A DNA stretch of 64,000 bases, taken from assembly GCA_002269645.1 (NCBI GenBank), contig NIVC01003144.1, forward strand, positions 1 through 64,000, given 5' to 3'. This document shows positions 11,825-23,165 of the stretch, piece after piece (within the stretch, counting starts at the first letter, position 1; the number at the start of each line of letters is the position of its first letter). The notes under the pieces are model-generated. The model ran no database searches, was not told the DNA's origin, and worked only from the letters and a program-made list of their open reading frames with translations. The stretch is from Macrostomum lignano (lineage: Eukaryota). Position numbers and translations under genes: made by a program.

Positions 11825-12760
11825 GACTATTTGTCTGGTATTGGATGAATAACGTAACTATTATTTGTCCGGTACCGGATAAATAAAAGTGAAGTTATTT
11901 GTCTGGTAGGCCCTACTAGCTGAGCTGCATGAATTTGTATGCCACTCTGCAAATCTTTTCTTGCGAGGTATATAAGCCTGATGTTAGAGTGTCTTCCTGA
12001 TGATCAAACAATACTGAGTTTGAATCTGTAGTGATGACTCCACTTTTTAATTGTAAAAACTCCAAGTTTTATTGTAATAACTCTAATGCCTTACTTTGAC
12101 ATTTGTGTTATATAGCAGCAAATGTCATTATTAATTTTGAATGTACTATGACTACTGTTTACTATCCCTATTGCAGCCAAGGTCTGAACCGCGCCGGACG
12201 CCCCCCTTTCCCGCGCCAGACATCTACCCGTACCGCGCCAGGGCCAGTCCCCAGGATCAGTGATTTGGTTCAATTTTCCCATGCCCCGCGCCACGCCGCC
12301 GCGCGCTGCCGCCACACGATACGCCACCGCGCGCCGCCGCCATGCGCCGCGCCGCGCCGCCGCCAGGCCAATCCGTGCCGGACGCCGTCCACGAAAATGG
12401 CCATTGGCTGCAATAGGGTTTACTATGAAACCAAAACATATCAATATATATAGAATAAAATAAAATAAGAGTAAAAATTATACAAAACTTTTGGTATTTT
12501 GCCAGAATTTGCCCTCAGCCTTCAATGGGTTTTGCCAACTGTGATCCTATCCTATAGCACTATTTAATCACAACAAATATTTTCTGCTTCTAGCCTAAAA
12601 GTGAACTATATACTACTTTTTTGAGTATTCCCTATATTTTTACAAGTTTTTATTATATCCAAACTGTAGGCCTACTGGACAATTAGGCCTAGGACAAATA
12701 ACTTCACTATTATTTATCTCATACCAGACAAATAACTTCATTTTTATTTATCCTATAGCC
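11825..12760. mobile_element. Degraded TIR element with repeated TTATTTGTC(C/T)GGTA subterminal motifs
   Basis: GGATAAATAAAAGTGAAGTTATTTGTCTGGTA (11879-11909) is inverted relative to TACCAGACAAATAACTTCATTTTTATTTTATCC (12722-12753). Confidence 0.6.
12166..12418. mobile_element. 253-bp GC-rich MITE, 15-bp TIR CCCTATTGCAGCCAA, 8-bp TSD (hAT-like)
   Basis: Perfect 15-bp TIRs. TTTACTAT is duplicated at 12158-65 and 12419-26. The interior is very CpG-rich, unlike the flanks. Confidence 0.88.
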
Positions 12761-13547
12761 TATATATATCTATATACTAAAAATTTCCTCTTATCTATAA
12801 CTAGGCCTATCTATAACTAGTAAACTTTCTATAATTTCTTATAACTTTCTTGCCATGGTTGTAGTATGCCATTAGCATTACTACTAGAGGGCCTATTAAG
12901 GATTAGGACCTCACTATTGGCTATATTAGGCCCTATAGCTAGGCCTATAGTGGTGCAGCCATAAATAATATTCTACAGAATGCATCTATGGCATTTAATT
13001 TATATCAAATTAATTGCCTTTTAGATTATTCTTTCTCTTTTCTCCTTCCTTTTCTACCCTCTTTTTTTCTCTTTTCTTTTTCCCCCTCTTTTCTCTTTCT
13101 ATTCTCTCTTCTTTCCATGTTAGACAAAATAAAAATAGATTAATATATTATTGACAAACTAATTAGCTACCATTATACCCAATATAGCTATTTTGAGATA
13201 TATCTATTCTATCAAAAGGATATTAATATGTAAGTGTTGTAACTTTTGGAGTAGTTAGTGTCTTAATCATAATGCTTTTATAGTTAGCTTAAAAATTCTT
13301 TATTTAGTACTTATATACTTATATTAAGTACATAATGTATAGTCTAAAATAGTACCTAATATTGTTTTGGAATACATGGAGGTGTTAAAGATATTTAGTA
13401 TTAATTTTTTATATAAATTTATATTTTACCATTGCAAACAACATGTTATAACATTTTTGCAATGCTTTTAACAATTTTCCCATAAATACTTTTTGCATGT
13501 AAAATCAGACTATCAATTTTTTTCATAACTGCAAAAAGCTAATCAGT

Positions 13548-16500
13548 ATGGATATTGAATTATTAGTTGCTGACATTATAAAGAAGCAATGCTCAGTCCT
13601 TCAATTGATTGAATCTTTGCAGTAAGTACTAATCAGAAATTGTTACCAATGTTAATAACTTATTTCTATAATTATATTAATAATTTTAACTTTAGACCAG
13701 ATCTAACATCAACTAAAATTGAGCAAAGAGCTGGCGCCATAGGGGAGGTTGCAAATGTTTTGCAAAAATTGCCACCTGCACACTTGAATGAGCAAGAGGG
13801 TGAGTACAATTATCTAGTTATTACATATTTCAAATAAAAATATATACTATTTGTCTAACTAATTATTTATTATTACCTGTCATCTCTTTTTTCAGTCACA
13901 ACCCTTGTTCAGTTTCTATGTGTCAAGTTGGCAGACCATTTTAGTGTGTCAAGTCATGCTATTTTTGGTCTCAAAGCACTGGTAAGACCTTAAAAAGTGC
14001 TTTCCTATATGATAGTACAAACAGTGGCTCAAGTAAAGCATTTGCATACTCTAATTTTCAGTGCTCTTGTGTCAATCTTTCTAATGCAGCTGCAGAAGCT
14101 GTGTTTCGGTCAGTGACTACCGAGCTTCAGGTGCAAACGCTTAACCAGATGGAGCGAATGGCTGTGTATCAGATCTTTCAGCTGCTGCTGCAGAACAAAT
14201 TGCACTGTAAGCCGGTTTACATGGACCCAATGCCCCGATACTGTCGGTTCAGCAGCTGAAAACATTGACAATCTTGATCCCATATCTGACATCCACACGG
14301 CACACCTGACAGTCCCGATACCATATCTGACAGTCCTGATCCCATATCTGACAGTCCCGATACCACATCTGACAGTCCCGATCCCATATCTGACATCCAC
14401 ACGGCACACCTGACAGTCCCAATACCATATCTGACAGTCCCGATACCACACCTGACAGTCCCGATTCCACAACTGGCAGTCCTGATCCCACAGCTGACAG
14501 TCCCGATCCCCACAACTAACAGTCCCGATCCCACACCTGACAGTCTCGATACCACAGCTGACAGTCCCGATCCCACAACTGGCGGTCCCGATCCCACAGC
14601 TGAGAGTCCCGATCCCCACAACTAACAGTCCCGATCCCACAGTTGACAATCCTGATCCCACACGTGAGAGTTTCAAAAGTTTTGACAGACCTGACAGATT
14701 ATTCCTGAACATTTGCAGTCCTGAAAAGCATCAATCACGACTTCGTGTTCGGTTTTGTTCGCACCATCGACGCCGAGAAAGATCCGCGAAATCTCCTCAT
14801 CGTATTCGAACTGTTCCCCCTGGTTGTGGCCGAATTCGATATTACCAGGTTTAGCGAGGACATGTTCGAAGTTATCGCCTGCTATTTTCCTGTCGATTTC
14901 AAGCCTGTAGGTTGATTAATTACTTGAGCAATAGTTGTCTGTGTTATTATTATTTCTGTGCTATTCTAGTCTCTTACACTTCTCTGCCAAATATTCATGA
15001 TATTCAGCAAGTTAGAATTGGAGTAATCGTCCCTCATTATAAATAGAATGACGTAGATTTTTATATACTAACTACTAAAAGATCAATTTGCTCCTCAATT
15101 GCCTAGGCTCAAGGGGAATTTTTCAGATGCCAGGATGCTCACGGGGAATTGTTCAGATGCCAGAATGCTCACGGGGAATTGTCCTGATGCCAGAAACCTC
15201 TGAAAAACGCAATTCCCAGAGCGCTAGCGGAAGCGTCACCCGCGACCAGCTGGTCGAATTGCACAGCCGCTGTTTATCATCCACGCCAATATTCGGTGAA
15301 TTTATGGTGCCACTGCTGCTAGAGAAGCTGGCCTCGGATCTGCGCTCCGCCAGGCTCGAGTCATTCAATTTGTTGCGCAGAGCCGCTCCGGTCTATCCGG
15401 CCGCGGTGCTGCTGGGCTACGGCCAGCAGCTGTTGGCCGCATTTCGTCGGGCGATGTTCCGCTCCGCCGTGTCCGACGAGGAACGACGCGTCGCACTGAC
15501 AGCGTTTGCCGAAGTTGTCGCCAGAATTGCCCGGTCGGATAGCGACGCCGGCGACGATGCAGAATCTGGCCGCGAGGAGTTCTTCCGCCTATTGCTTAAG
15601 GGTGGGATTTCTCGGCTTAAAATTAAAGTACTGCTCAAGTTAAAATACTCTGTACTCATTTTCGGGTGCTATTATAAGCCCGTGACAATCTTTATTCCAT
15701 GTCTGACATCCACACGGCACAGCTGACAGTCCCGATCTCACAGCTTACAGTCCCGATTCCACAGCTGACAGTCCCGATCCCACAGCTTACAGTCCCGATC
15801 CCACAGCTTACAGTCCCGATTCCACAACTGACAGTCCCGATCCACAGCTGACAGTCCCGATCCTTCGTAACCTTCGAACGTTCGCCGAGAAGTAGAATTA
15901 GTTTCTATCAGTTCAGTAGAAATTTAAACAGAATAAAATATATTTAGAGAAAACGGCGCTTTATCTGTGATCCACCCTATTTTAATCGATCTTCTTCTAT
16001 GTACAGTACATACGAATGTACATTGTTTTGGGCTCTCGGCTTAACCCCATTTTTATTGCCCAGCCGGTCTCATTCCGGGGTTACGCCGCTCTGTACATTA
16101 TCCTCTGCGCTGAATCAATGTACATTGTTTTCTGGCGGGCGTGTTGCTATTTATAGAAGCGAATCAACTCCACCTTTTTTTCTAGAGTGCCGGCCCAATC
16201 TACGCGAACTCGACCCGAACGTGATGGAAGCCACTGGCCGAGCCTTGGAATCTGCTGTTGGCGTTGCCGACGCCACGACTAGGCGCCAATTGGTGACTGG
16301 CATCTTGCCGGACATTCTGGCTGGCCTGGCCGATCGGAAAGATGTAAGAAAGTATGATTATTTAATTTTTTGACTGATTCCCGCTGGCGTAATACTTCGA
16401 ACCCGACCTCCGCTCCGCAGTCCGCGTCCAAATGCGGCCTTCTCGACATTCTCCGACGGTTGTTGACCGCCTCCCTGTCGTCCTATTCGCCGACGTCCGT

Positions 16501-19500
16501 CTCAGTCGAACTCAAAGCCTACCTTTCCGGCGAGCTTGAGTCTATCTGCGCCGCTCTGTACGGCTTGGCTACAGCCGCGGCTGCCGAATCCGCTACCCCA
16601 GATTCAGAGCGGCTGCGCTTAGCCTGCCTAGCAACTATGGGCCGTCTGTGCTCGGAGCCCGGTCTGGCTAGCGACGAGCAGCGGGCTGGTTTTGCCGAAC
16701 ACCTGCTGGCCGAATTGGGCGGCGGCCGATCGGGGCAGCAACGGCAGAGGCTGCCGGGCCAGCCAATCAGGCCGATTGTGTGCGACTACGCGCGTCGCCT
16801 GGCTGCTACTAATGCTGACGAGGCAGCCAGCCTCATCAATAAGGGAATGCTCCCTTTGGCTACAGGTGAGTTTCGTGAGTCCTTTGCTTGTTACAACTAC
16901 TATCTTTCCTCAAATCTTAAACCTTTTTCTTTAAGAATCATCTAATCGACACAAATCCCTAATCTTCACTAATCCATAATCTTCACTAATCCATAATCTT
17001 CACTAATCCATAATCTTTACTAATCCCTAATCTTCACTAATCCCTAATCTTCTTTAATTCAAAATCTTCACGAGTTCTCCATCTTCACAGCTTCTCGATA
17101 GCAGCAAAAATAGGCAGTGTAAATTAGCCTACTCTGAGTAGCATTAATAAAAATAATTACTTTTAATATTGTGTATCACTTTTATTATTCAATTATCTCT
17201 GTACAGAGCACTCGGATTTTGGCGTCCGCGCCGACTGTCTGCTGCTGCTTGGCGAATTGTGCGACCTTCCCGAGTCAATTAGCGAGCCTCTGCTTGGGCT
17301 GTTGATGAGGCTCTGTCTGGAGGCTGGCTCGACCGCGGAAGCTGCTCCCAGTGAGATTACTTTTAAATTTGAAGATTTAAAGGAAGAGTAGAATAGATCA
17401 CCCAATCCTCAGTTGTATTTGGTACGGGATTCCCCACTCCTCAATTAGCTGTATTTGGTACGGGATTCCCCACTCCTCAATTAGCTGTATTTGGTACGGG
17501 ATTCCCCACTCCTCACTTAGCTGTATTTGGTACGGGATTCCCCACTCCTCACTTAGCTGTATTTGGTACGGGATTCCCCATTCCTCACTCAGCTGTATTG
17601 GTACGGGATTCCCCACTCCTCACTTAGTTGTATTTGGTACGGGATTCCCCACTCCTCACTTAGCTGTATTTGGTACGGGATTCCCCACTCCTCACTTAGC
17701 TGTATTTGGTACGGGATTCCCCACTCCTCACTTAGCTGTATTTGGTACGGGATTCCCCACTCCTCACTTAGCTGTATTTGGTACGGGATTCCCCATTCCT
17801 CACTCAGCTGTATTGGTACGGGATTCCCCACCCCTCACTCAGCTGTATTGGTACGGGATTCCCCACCCCTCACTCAGCTGTATTTGTTACAGGATTCCCC
17901 ATTCATCACTCAGCTGTATCGGTGCGGGATTCCCCATTCATCACTCAGCTGTATCGGTGCGGGATTCCCATTCATCACTCAGCTGTATCGGTGCGGGATT
18001 CCTGAGTCCTTACTCAGCTGAAGAATATGTTACTTACGATTCATGTCAGCAACAGCAATTTTTTTTTCGATACACATTTCAAGAAGCTCACAATATGTTA
18101 TGCCAGCACCCGCTATCTTCTACATACTACTGTTACACCAAGTCTGTCACAGTGTACTCTGCCCTCTTACACGCAGCAATCAAGTCTCGTCTAGATGCTC
18201 TGTGCCTGGCAACCGAGACCTCCATGGCTTCAACCAACAGCCGTGCGCGCGAATTCGTTGTTGGCATCTGGACCAGTCAGTTTCAGCAGTTCTTGGCCGC
18301 ATTTCGTCACTACGAAGCTGGTGGCGACTTGGCCAACGCTGCGTTTGGCTGCGTGCAAGCTTTTGCGAGAGCGCTCACGGCTGGGTGAGCTGCGATGGTG
18401 CCTTCGTGTGTTGTGCTAGGATTGTTGTTGCTTTGATCTGATTCTGGGATGCGGATGACTGACTGAATGACTGACTGAGGCACAGAAAATAGTTCAGCAC
18501 AATAGCAAAATGGCATTCGACATTCTTGCAGAGACGAGTCGACATCCGTCAAGTCGGCGGTGGACTGGACCGCTCAGCAAGCTACAGAGGCCGACTTCCG
18601 CCGTCTGCACTGCGCACTGCTTTTCAATTTAACACCGGAGGTATGTTGCTGTCATTGCTAGGATTGTCCACTCCTCAGGTTTAGGAATTTCCCAATTCTC
18701 AGGTTTAGGATTCCCCCTAATTCTCAGGTTTAGGATTCCCCTAATTCTCAGGTTTAGGATTTCCCCTAATTCTCAGGTTTAGGATTCCCTAATTCTCAGG
18801 TTTAGGATTCCCCACTCCCCAGGTTTAGGATTCCCCACTCCCCAGGTTTAGGATTCCCCACTCCTCAGGTTTAGAATTCCCCACTCCTCAGGTTTAGGAT
18901 TTTCCCTATTCTCAGATTTAGGATTCCCTAATTCTAAGATTTAGGATTCCCTACTCCCCAGGTTTAGGATTGCCCAGTCCTCAGGTTTAGGATTTTCCCT
19001 ATTCTCAGATTTAGGATTCCCTAATTCTAAGGTTTAGGATTCCCTACTCCCCAGGTTTAGGATTCCCCAGTCCTCAGGTTTAGGATTTTCCCTATTCTCA
19101 GATTTAGGATTCCCTAATTCTAAGGTTTAGGATTCCCTACTCCTCAGGTTTAGGATTCCCCAGTCCTCAGGTTTAGTATTCCCCCAATTCTCAGGTTTAG
19201 GATTCCCCTAATTCTCAGGTTTAGGATTTCCCCAATTCTCAGGTTTAGGATTTCCCCAATTCTCAGGTTTAGGATTTCCCCACTCCTTAGGTTTAGGATT
19301 CCCCCAATTCTCAGGTTTAGGATTCCCCCTAATTCTCAGGTTTAGGATTCCCCCCAATTCTCAGGTTTAGGATTCCCCCTAATTCTCAGGTTTAGGATTC
19401 CCCCAATTCTCAGGTTTAGGATTTCCCCAACTCTCAGGTTTAGGATTCCCCCAATTCTTAGGTTTAGGATTTCCCACTCCTCACTCAGCTGAAATCGATA

Positions 19501-22500
19501 TCAAGTGAAGCTTCCACCTTTCAGACGGCCAGGCGTCACTCGGTCGCACTTTTACCAAGCCTGGCATCTCGCTACGCTTCCGACGGATCCGAATTCGCCC
19601 TTCAACTGTACGCGTCGCTGATCAACAAGTGCCTGGATTACGGTCGGGGTGAGTGACAGCTATAAACTGCGGCAGAAGCACAGGTTCGGAGTCCCATAGC
19701 TGCGGCTGTTCAAAATTATTGGTTTAATCTTTCAGATCCATCTATGTCGCCTGTAGAGCAAATTGTACTCTCGGATGTTAACACCCTGGTTGCCAATAGC
19801 AACAGTGAACGTTCCGCCGCTTTTCTGGCCTGGTGTCTAAAAGCCCTACTATTAAGCGGTTCGCCTCTGTTTGTTAAACTAGCCGGCAAAACGTTGGACA
19901 TTCTTCGGCAGTCGGGCGAGGATCAGCTGGCGGTTCAGTTGGCTGCTCGGCTAGAGCTGCTGCTGAAGCCCTGCGAAATTGTGCTCTGCACTGCCGCTAA
20001 GGCTACCGTGGGACCCCTGGCCGGGCAGAAGTGTCTCTGCCTGCTGTTGCAACCGCTGCTGGACGATGCTAGGCAGAGTGAGTTTTTGGCTGAGATTCTT
20101 CCAAATCTGGAATTCCCCACCTTGAGATTTCCCTATCTGAGATTCCCTATCTAGAAGTTTCCCAATCTGGGATTCCCCACCTTGAGGCTTCTCAATCTGG
20201 GACTCCTCACCCTGTAGTTTTCCAATCTGGGATTACCCACCCTGGAGTTTTCCAATTTGGGATTCCCTACCCTGGAGTTTTCCAATTTAGGATTCCCCAC
20301 CCTGGAGTTTTCCAATCTGAAATTCTCCACCCTGATATTTCCAAATCTGGGATTTATTCACCCTGATTTTCCCAATCTGGGATTCCCCACCCTGAGATTT
20401 CCAAATCTGGGATTCCTCACCCTGGAGTTTTCCCGATCTATGATTCCCCACCTTGAGATTTCCCTATCTGAGATTCCCTATCTAGAAGTTTCCCAATCTG
20501 GGATTCCCCACCTTGAGGCTTCTCAATCTGGGACTCCTCACCCTGTAGTTTTCCAATCTGGGATTACCCACCCTGGAGTTTTCCAATTTGGGATTCCCTA
20601 CCCTGGAGTTTTCCAATTTGGGGATTCCCCACCCTGGAGTTTTCCAATCTGAAATTCTCCACCCTGATTTTCCCAATCTGGGATTCCCCACCCTGAGATT
20701 TCCAAATCTGGGATTCCTCACCCTGGAGTTTTCCCGATCTATGATTCCCCACCTTGAGATTTCCCTATCTGAGATTCCCTATCTAGAAGTTTCCCAATCT
20801 GGGATTCCTCACCTTGAGGCTTCTCAATCTGGGACTCCTCACCCTGTAGTTTTCCAATCTGGGATTACCCACCCTGGAGTTTTCCAATTTGGGATTCCCT
20901 ACCCTAAAGTTTTCCAATTTGGGATTCCCCACCCTGGAGTTTTCCAATCTGAAATTCTCCACCCTGATATTTCCAAATCTGGGATTTCTTCACCCTGATA
21001 TTTCCCAATCTGGGACTCCCCACCCTGAGATTTCCAAATCTGGGATTCCTCACCCTGGAGTTTTCCCGATCTATGATTGCCCACCTTGAGATTTCCCTAT
21101 CTGAGATTCCCTATCTAGAAGTTTCCCAATCTGGGATTCCCCACCTTGAGGCTTCTCAATCTGGGACTCCTCACCCTGTAGTTTTCCAATCTGGGATTAC
21201 CCACCCTGGAGTTTTCCAATTTGGGATTCCCTACCCTGGAGTTTTCCAATTTGGGATTCCCCACCCTGGAGTTTTCCAATCTGAAATTCTCCACCCTGAT
21301 ATTTCCAAATCTGGGATTTATTCACCCTGATTTTCCCAATCTGGGATTCCCCACCCTGAGATTTCCAAATCTGGGATTCCTCACCCTGGAGTTTTCCCGA
21401 TCTATGATTCCCCACCTTGAGATTTCCCTATCTGAGATTCCCTATCTAGAAGTTTCCCAATCTGGGATTCCTCACCTTGAGGCTTCTCAATCTGGGACTC
21501 CTCACCCTGTAGTTTTCCAATCTGGGATTACCCACCCTGGAGTTTTCCAATTTGGGATTCCCTACCCTAAAGTTTTCCAATTTGGGATTCCCCACCCTGG
21601 AGTTTTCCAATCTGAAATTCTCCACCCTGATATTTCCAAATCTGGGATTTCTTCACCCTGATATTTCCCAATCTGGGACTCCCCACCCTGAGATTTCCAA
21701 ATCTGGGATTCCTCACCCTGGAGTTTTCCCGATCTATGATTGCCCACCTTGAGATTTCCCTATCTGAGATTCCCTATCTAGAAGTTTCCCAATCTGGGAT
21801 TCCCCACCTTGAGGCTTCTCAATCTGGGACTCCTCACCCTGTAGTTTTCCAATCTGGGATTACCCACCCTGAGATTTCCCAATCTGGGATTACCCACCCT
21901 GATATTTCCCAACCTGGGATTCCCCACCCTGAGATTTCCCAACCTGGGATTCCCAACCCTGATATTTCCCAACCTGGGATTACCCACCCTGAGATTTCCC
22001 AACCTGGGATTCCCAACCCTGATATTTCCCAACCTGGGATTACCCACCCTGAGATTTCCCAACCTGGGATTCCCAACCCTGATATTTTCCAATCTGAGAT
22101 TTTCCTAACGATTTTTTCAATCCCAGATTCTCCACAGACAGGTATTCGTTATTTTTATGAACATTTCCATAATCTAATATTGCAGACAAAGCCTGTCTAC
22201 TGGCTGCAATCAGTCTGGCGCAAACAGCTCCCCCGGAGCTTATTGTAGACTACATTGACTCCGTAAGTGATACCCACTAATGTGAACCTACTAACTGATG
22301 TCCCAAAGTCTATACAAATTGACCTTCAAAAAGAACTTGAAATCGCAAGGGACTCAGAAGTGTCTAGTGCCAATTTCTTGTTCACATCCCCTCCTGACGT
22401 CCTTCAGCTGATCCCAGCCCTGATGCTGCACCTTCGGCCGTCAAACAGCGCCAACGCTGGTCTGCGCGCGCCAATCCTGCGCCTGCTGGAGACGCTGGCC

Positions 22501-22776
22501 TCCCGGCAGGACGCTCTGAACGCCATGGCGCCGCGCTGCCTTGGCGACCTGCTGCCGCGCCTGCTCGCCTGCCTGGACCCCGGCGCCGATCTGGACTCCA
22601 GGCGGACCTCTGCCCGTCTGCTGCGCCGGCTGGCCACCGGCGGCCTCCCGGCTGCCGAGCTGCTGCCGCACAAGCCCGACGTTGTCTCGCGCCTGGGCGC
22701 CGCGCTCAACGATCCGAAACGATTGGCGCGCAGCGACGCGGCGCAGGCGCGAAACGCCTGGTTTTTAATTGGCTGA
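13548..22776 (+). CDS. MMS19: MMS19 (MET18) cytosolic Fe-S assembly targeting-complex HEAT-repeat protein, multi-exon gene
   Basis: Phase-consistent GT-AG exons: 13548-13621, 13696-13799, 13896-13981, 14062-14206, 14719-14906, 15220-15601, 16186-16343, 16421-16865, 17207-17350, 18177-18384, 18532-18640, 19525-19648, 19736-20077, (22127-22141 optional), 22186-22262, 22408-22776. Hallmarks DFVFGFVRTIDAEKDPRNLL..FEVIACYFPVDF, FMVPLLLEKL, LAWCLKALLL and C-terminal LNDPKRLARSDAAQARNAWFLIG match MMS19 (human IQVMDGEKDPRNLL, LDDKKRLVRKEAVSARGEWFLLG). Confidence 0.95.
14270..14680. repeat. ~20-21-bp minisatellite (CTGACAGTCCCGATCCCACA) in MMS19 intron 4
   Basis: Direct tandem copies; the same family recurs at 15700-15865. 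Confidence 0.9.
15105..15192. repeat. 30-bp x ~3 tandem repeat before the MMS19 exon 6 acceptor
   Basis: GGGAATTGTTCAGATGCCAGAATGCTCACG repeated. Confidence 0.8.
15700..15865. repeat. Second copy of the intron-4 minisatellite family in MMS19 intron 6
   Basis: CTGACATCCACACGGCAC lead-in followed by CTGACAGTCCCGATCCCACAG units. Confidence 0.88.
16955..17060. repeat. 17-bp repeat (TAATCTTCACTAATCCA) in MMS19 intron 8
   Basis: About 6 direct copies. Confidence 0.8.
17405..18020. repeat. 36-bp minisatellite (GTATTTGGTACGGGATTCCCCACTCCTCACTTAGCT) in MMS19 intron 9
   Basis: Direct tandem periodicity; 12-aa repeat in ORF translations. Confidence 0.95.
18665..19490. repeat. ~23-24-bp minisatellite (CTCAGGTTTAGGATTCCCCTAATT) in MMS19 intron 11
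   Basis: Fills nearly the whole intron 18641-19524. Confidence 0.95.
20100..22100. repeat. 30-bp-based minisatellite with ~331-bp higher-order unit in MMS19 intron 13
   Basis: GAT(T/G)CCCCACCTTGAGATTTCCCTATCTGAGATTCCCTATCTAGAAG recurs at ~20113, 20444, 20745, 21076, 21407 and 21738. Confidence 0.95.
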
Positions 22777-22824
22777 CCGGCCCTGCACTTCGACCTGCGT
22801 ACTGTTCCGCTACTCCCTTGCTTC

Positions 22825-23165
22825 CATCCGCTCCCTCCCCAATCCGCTGCCTCCCCAATCCACTTTCTTCCCAAACCGCTGCCTCCCCAATCCGCTCTCT
22901 TCCCAATCCGCTGCCTCCCCAATCCGCTCCCTCCCCAATCCGCTCCCTCCCCAATCCGCTCTCTTCCCAATCCGCTGCCTCCCCCAATCCGCTCTCTCCC
23001 CAATCCGCTGCCTCCCCCAATCCGCTCTCTCCCCAATCCGCTCCCTCCCCAATCCGCTCTCTTCCCAATCCGCTGCCTCCCCCAATCCGCTCTCTCCCCA
23101 ATCCGCTGCCTCCCCCAATCCGCTCTCTCCCCAATCCGCTTCCTTCTTAATCTGCTCCCTCTAAT
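22825..23165. repeat. C-rich CCAATCCGCT-based repeat just 3' of the MMS19 stop (probably 3'UTR)
   Basis: Tandem CCCCAATCCGCT(C/G)(C/T)(T/C) units. Confidence 0.9.

Noticed and set aside
12091-12463. Overlapping Arg/Ala-rich ORFs
   Set aside because: By-product of the GC-rich MITE interior.
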